Shown here in pieces: positions 60,901 to 64,000 of a DNA stretch of 64,000 nucleotides. The position numbers and the translations under genes are program-made. The notes under the pieces were generated by a model that worked only from the letters and a program-made list of their open reading frames with translations, did not search any database and was not told the origin of the DNA. Origin of the DNA: Lineus longissimus (taxonomy: Eukaryota); NCBI RefSeq assembly GCF_910592395.1, contig NC_088308.1, forward strand, positions 1,736,001 to 1,800,000, read 5' to 3'. How positions within the stretch are numbered: position 1 is the first letter of the stretch; every line of letters starts with the position of its first letter.

Positions 60901-63884
60901 CACGATGGATAGGGTGCACACTTGGATTGTGGAAAACTCAATTGGGAAGCATGTATAAAAGAAGTAATATTCGCATGTTTTACCTGCATCTTTGGCCTCA
61001 TTGGGAATGATGCAGCGGATGAAATGAGGGTGGGTCTGGTGGAGGTTCTTCAATAACTTATTAAGAGACGCCTGGGGGAACAAACGGGGTATTGAATGCA
61101 AGCATAATGACAAGTGACCAAGTCTAAAACCTTGCAACTTGAATGCAGCAATGTTTCAGATACATTGGTCAATCATCGCAGGTACACACGGGGCACTCGG
61201 GAATAAGTCAAGGTCAAGGCCATGTGACGATGCAATCGGAGGGAGAGCTGGAATAAAATGCATTAGGTTCAAGGAAAGGGGAAGATAGATTTGGAGCACA
61301 CGGCACATCATGGAGAGTCGGGCATCCACCAGTTAAGTGCATTGGAAGGGACATAGTACAGTACAAGGTGCCTCTTTCACCGGCAATAAGAATCAAGTGC
61401 TAAAGTAGACAAGGTATACAGTGTAGTCACAGTATTGTTATGAAACACCGAAATGCGCGTCAGACTCACAGTGCAGTGATAGTTAACCGACATTGAGTTC
61501 AGTGATGTGATGACTATGAAGACGTTCAGTCAACTTTGTTAAATCAGTGAGGACGAATATCATTGTCGATTTAACGTTATACCAGCACTACGGGTACCTG
61601 ATAGTTTTTCATCATTAGGGAGGAGGCATCTTATAAAGTGGGGTTGCGTGCTTTTGAGGCGTTTCATTAACGTGTTTAGGGATCCCTGGAGAAGAAGAGG
61701 AGTTAGGGGGATTTACAGTGACAGGTACAGGTAGGGCAGGGCTACTCTGAAAAAGAGGTGAGATTTAGAGGATTGGTTGAAGAGCAATATTAAGAAGTCA
61801 CGGAGACGGGGGCGGGTTGATTGTGTATATTATTCAGTCGGTGCCAAGTCCGATCAAACGAGTGCAATGGGGACAGGAGTTGAGGAAAGGGTCACACAGT
61901 CAAATATTTACGAGAGAGGTTCCGGGGAGCATGTTTTAGAATGGACGGTGCACTGTTATACAGAGTCATGTGTTAAGTGTGCAAGAAACCTACCTATAAC
62001 AAACTTGTCGTTTGACTTTCCGAGCAAGTGCGGAGTCGGGCAATTTTATCAGTAAGGTAAAGGGTATACAAGGTATCTTCAGTGAGAATGTGGACAGGAT
62101 CACTCAGATTGTTCTTAGGGCAGGGGCCACACAGGGAAGAGATATTGAGTAGGTCATTCATTGGTGGGTCCTAAAATGCCATTCCTTTCGGGAGGGATAG
62201 TTCATATCAGAGATAACAGTCATAATTACCAACGCCCTTGATCTCATTTGGCACAATGCATCGGATAAAGTGGGGCGAGGTGGTGTACAGGTTCTTGATA
62301 AGTTTGTTTAGAGATTCCTGATGGGAAAAAGTTGTATAGATTAGAGCATGCGGGTTTTGACAATTCTTGTCTGTTCTTCCATAAACTGGATGTTGGGTTT
62401 ATAGCAGGTTGGCTCATTTTGGCTTCAACGTGGCAGAGGAAATTGGCCAGAACAGCCACATGCAGTTGTAGTGCGCGTCGCGTCGTTGGCAGCAGAAGCG
62501 CAGTCATTTCGCGACTTGGCGAGGCATATCCAATTGGCAGGGTCGGATAGTTGCCAGCCTTATTTGGAGGGGTGGTAATTCATATCACAAGGCAAGCTCG
62601 TAATCGTGTTCTTACCGGCGGCTTTTATCTCATTTGGTACAATACAGCGGATAAAGTGGGGTTGGGTGCAGTACAAGTTCTTGATAAGTTTGTTAAGAGA
62701 TTCCTGGTGGAAAAAAAGGAATAGTAGGATTAGATCAGGCGAGTTCCGCCAGTTCTTCCTGTCTTGCCATGAACCAGTTAGACTAGGGAGATTTGCCTAT
62801 TCAGGTGTAAAACAGATGAGAAGTGTTGATGGAGATATAGGAATGGACGTGAAAGAGGAGCAGTGTGCGTTACAGTGGAACGTTGTGTTGCAGCACTTAC
62901 ACCGCGGTTGGTGGGGCGACAGAGTCGACAAGGGGTGGGGACAAGAGACTACTTGTAGAGGGGAGGTGGTTAATCCTATGCATACACAATTGACCAGGGA
63001 AAGAAGTCACGCCATTTTTAGATGTCTGGATGGGGTTTCACACATACCTTGCATCAGTCCGGTGCACTACCGTAATTGACCAATAACCTTGCTCTTGTAC
63101 GGGGTTGGAGATTTGGTGGGATGGGTGCACACTTGTGGGGAACTCAGAAGACGGGTAATGGCGTATGCAGAGTTTTTACGGGGCCACGCCAAGAAATGGG
63201 CATTCATCACAGAAGTATCGCCGAATGTTTTATAGGGGTCACACCACTCAAGGGGTCACTCTTTCTAGACAGTTTCTTGGGGACACACAACAATACAATG
63301 AAAAGAAAGGGTCAAACTATTTCGTATAAAGTCGTGTAGGTCTAGGGGTAACTCTAAGGTGGTTAATGTTCCTTGGTTTATTTGGCGTAGTACTCAACCT
63401 CCGTTGGAGGGGACATATACACGGCCAAACCAACAGGAAGAGTATTATCAAATCAATCCACCAACATGACTGGCATTGCAGGCTGTCGAGATTGACAAGT
63501 TAGGGTTGGGACAGCTAAAAACCGGGTTACAATACTCTGGGCAAAGAGGAAAAGTGGCTCGTTTTGAGTTCAGGAGTTGGTCAAGGTGTTGATCACTCGG
63601 GGGAAGATACTTCGACTGGGGGGTGCTACAGATCAAACCGGTGAGAGAGATAACCGATTGATCTTACGGGGAGAGAGGGGGGCACGCTGATCTCAGATGG
63701 GGCCACTCGGGTTCAAAACAGGTGAATCGGCGACTTCGGGGCCTTGGCCCCATGTTGCTGATCATGCCGCGGGTTTCTCTCGATGGAGATTCTTACCACA
63801 CGCTTTGTGCTCATTAGGCACCAAGCAACGGATGAAGTTAGGTTGAGTGGTGTACAAGTTCTTGACAAGTTTGTTCAGAGACTC
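39861..63884 (-). CDS. Mhc: Muscle myosin II heavy chain, partial (post-loop-2 motor domain, converter, IQ neck, full coiled-coil rod, tailpiece); 5' part lies beyond the right edge
   Basis: Spliced exons give [80 protein letters not shown] and [13 protein letters not shown]. All junction phases were checked by hand. Confidence 0.98.
41539..41595 (-). CDS. Mhc: Mhc candidate cassette tail exon: [22 protein letters not shown]
   Basis: Acceptor ctcttatctgtcttcgttctaacag, phase 0. The stop is followed 2 nt later by a perfect gtaagt donor. Confidence 0.55.
   Translation of the reverse strand, partial: PPPASFSLVTRRRREPSE
43726..43950 (-). CDS. Mhc: Mhc last rod exon ([13 protein letters not shown]...RSSA), with read-through tail [28 protein letters not shown]
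   Basis: Acceptor at 43951-43952, internal donor GCG|gtaggc after 43801, TAA at 43726-43728. Confidence 0.93.
   Translation of the reverse strand, partial: EEIAAINLAKFRKVTHELEEAEERADASENALGKLRAKNRSSVSVGRSSAVGAGGSSVEISYEHKSKSSRTLSS
44486..44686 (-). CDS. Mhc: Mhc rod exon ([14 protein letters not shown]...KRQVEEA)
   Basis: Myosin tail sequence, AG/GT sites, 201 nt, phase 0-0. Confidence 0.95.
45015..45254 (-). CDS. Mhc: Mhc rod exon (ADLDEQSNE...[13 protein letters not shown])
   Basis: Myosin tail sequence, 240 nt, phase 0-0. Confidence 0.95.
45378..45417. repeat. Imperfect (GAT)n microsatellite, intronic
   Basis: gataatgataatgttgatgatgatgatgatggtgatgat. Confidence 0.7.
45434..45694 (-). 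CDS. Mhc: Mhc rod exon ([13 protein letters not shown]...[10 protein letters not shown])
   Basis: Myosin tail sequence, 261 nt, phase 0-0. Confidence 0.95.
45954..46146 (-). CDS. Mhc: Mhc rod exon ([15 protein letters not shown]...YQQQIR)
   Basis: Myosin tail sequence, 193 nt, phase 2-0. Confidence 0.95.
48500..48740 (-). CDS. Mhc: Mhc rod exon ([16 protein letters not shown]...KEEEFENTR)
   Basis: Myosin tail sequence, 241 nt, phase 1-2. Confidence 0.95.
49221..49570 (-). CDS. Mhc: Mhc rod exon ([11 protein letters not shown]...RENKNLA)
   Basis: Myosin tail sequence, 350 nt, phase 2-1. Confidence 0.95.
49738..50180 (-). CDS. Mhc: Mhc rod exon ([13 protein letters not shown]...SEELEEAK)
   Basis: Myosin tail sequence, 443 nt, phase 0-2. 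Confidence 0.95.
50392..50470 (-). CDS. Mhc: Mhc hinge mutually exclusive exon b: (R)[26 protein letters not shown]
   Basis: 79 nt, phase 2-0, same length as and alignable with exon a. Acceptor ttggcag, donor gtacag. Confidence 0.8.
51096..51174 (-). CDS. Mhc: Mhc hinge mutually exclusive exon a: (R)[26 protein letters not shown]
   Basis: 79 nt, phase 2-0, at the S2/LMM hinge position. Acceptor cttcag, donor gtacga. Confidence 0.9.
51565..51818 (-). CDS. Mhc: Mhc rod exon ([12 protein letters not shown]...QLQKAKS)
   Basis: Contains [21 protein letters not shown]; 254 nt, phase 0-2. Confidence 0.95.
52333..52389 (-). CDS. Mhc: Mhc rod exon [19 protein letters not shown] (shared by myosin and the catchin-like isoform)
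   Basis: 57 nt, phase 0-0, acceptor tttcag, donor gtaaga. Confidence 0.93.
52861..53388 (-). CDS. Catchin/myorod-like alternative first coding exon (176 aa, non-helical) giving a headless rod isoform
   Basis: ATG-initiated ORF inside the intron between KKIKELQ and ARIEELEEE, with donor GAA|gtacgt in phase 0. This is where molluscan catchin joins the rod. The ending [18 protein letters not shown] resembles catchin N-domains as I recall them. Confidence 0.82.
55362..55598 (-). CDS. Mhc: Mhc S2 exon ([17 protein letters not shown]...KKIKELQ)
   Basis: 237 nt, phase 0-0. Confidence 0.95.
55966..56641 (-). CDS. Mhc: Mhc IQ2/S2 exon ([13 protein letters not shown]...[10 protein letters not shown])
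   Basis: Contains the WxWW hook and KPLL motif; 676 nt, phase 2-0. Confidence 0.96.
56807..57064 (-). CDS. Mhc: Mhc converter/IQ1 exon ([10 protein letters not shown]...TKVFFRAG...KKLQDQR)
   Basis: 258 nt, phase 2-2. Confidence 0.96.
57091..57302 (-). pseudogene. Decayed partial copy of the catchin-like exon inside a motor-domain intron
   Basis: Aligns by eye to 53132-53370 (tttacttttgcactaact, ttccgtgcccatt, tttgagcaggggtgggtt, tatctgggtactcctcca, gtcacaacgggtaaaggcattcc), with a 2-nt frameshifting deletion and a larger deletion. Confidence 0.85.
57471..57588 (-). CDS. Mhc: Mhc SH2-SH1 exon ([39 protein letters not shown])
   Basis: 118 nt, phase 1-2, invariant myosin motif. Missed by the ORF track. 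Confidence 0.96.
58735..58945 (+). mobile_element. Probable tRNA-derived SINE remnant with an L2-like 3' tail, antisense to Mhc
   Basis: A-box-like ggtggcatagcg, B-box-like gggttcgagac, and a 3' gtaaaccgctttgagac...aaaagcgttat resembling L2-partner SINE tails. Confidence 0.5.
58973..59060 (-). CDS. Mhc: Mhc motor MXE variant: [29 protein letters not shown](G)
   Basis: 88 nt, phase 0-1, acceptor ttttgtag, donor gtaggt. Confidence 0.92.
60543..60630 (-). CDS. Mhc: Mhc motor MXE variant: [29 protein letters not shown](G)
   Basis: 88 nt, phase 0-1, acceptor ctacag, donor gtaaac. Confidence 0.92.
60984..61071 (-). CDS. Mhc: Mhc motor MXE variant: [29 protein letters not shown](G)
   Basis: 88 nt, phase 0-1, acceptor ttcccccag, donor gtaaaa. 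Confidence 0.92.
61598..61685 (-). CDS. Mhc: Mhc motor MXE variant: [29 protein letters not shown](G)
   Basis: 88 nt, phase 0-1, acceptor cttcttctccag, weak donor gtaccc. Most divergent copy. Confidence 0.8.
62230..62317 (-). CDS. Mhc: Mhc motor MXE variant: [29 protein letters not shown](G)
   Basis: 88 nt, phase 0-1, acceptor ttttcccatcag, donor gtaatt. Confidence 0.92.
62616..62703 (-). CDS. Mhc: Mhc motor MXE variant: [29 protein letters not shown](G)
   Basis: 88 nt, phase 0-1, acceptor ttttccaccag, donor gtaaga. Confidence 0.92.
63797..63884 (-). CDS. Mhc: Mhc motor MXE variant: [29 protein letters not shown](G)
   Basis: 88 nt, phase 0-1, acceptor tttcccccattag, donor gtaaga. Confidence 0.92.
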
Positions 63885-64000
63885 CTAATGGGGGAAAAGT
63901 GATAAAATAGCAATTTTACAACGAGAAGAGACGTAGTGCTTTCAGAGGTGCATTATTCGCGCTGCTGGAAAAAATAGTTCATTAATAGGGAAAATGCCAT

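Noticed and set aside
63040..63150. Possible eighth motor MXE near ggtgggatgggtgcac
   Set aside because: Only a few bases resemble the THP codons; there is no FIRC/PNE motif or 88-nt AG-GT frame.

Overview
Eukaryotic, intron-rich animal DNA, probably from a lophotrochozoan (inferred from the catchin-type myosin exon). It holds two convergent spliced genes. (1) Plus strand, 1-~37.5 kb. The first 31 kb looks like a 766-bp satellite, but each of its 42 near-identical units carries two small phase-1 exons (42 nt and 75 nt) with canonical GT-AG sites. These splice into an uninterrupted 39-aa repeat, ACGVGYRWKKGKCRFYKCPSGYKKVRTGILRRRTVCRKK (15 K/R, no D/E, 4 Cys). The array splices in frame into a VWD(GDPH)-C8-TIL-EGF-like module followed by two beta-defensin-like exons. 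The product is a giant polycationic FCGBP/zonadhesin-like protein of about 2,100 aa within the window; its N-terminus lies upstream. The ORF-track ORFs in the array are artefacts. (2) Minus strand, ~63.9-39.0 kb. This is the 3' two-thirds of a muscle myosin II heavy chain gene. It has at least seven 88-nt mutually exclusive motor-domain exons, a pair of 79-nt mutually exclusive hinge exons, an internal catchin/myorod-type first exon plus a decayed copy of it, and three candidate C-termini. Also present: a foldback/MITE-like element, a hairpin carrying poly(A) signals on both strands, and a SINE-like element. All exon calls were made by hand from splice sites and reading frame; no expression data or database searches were available.
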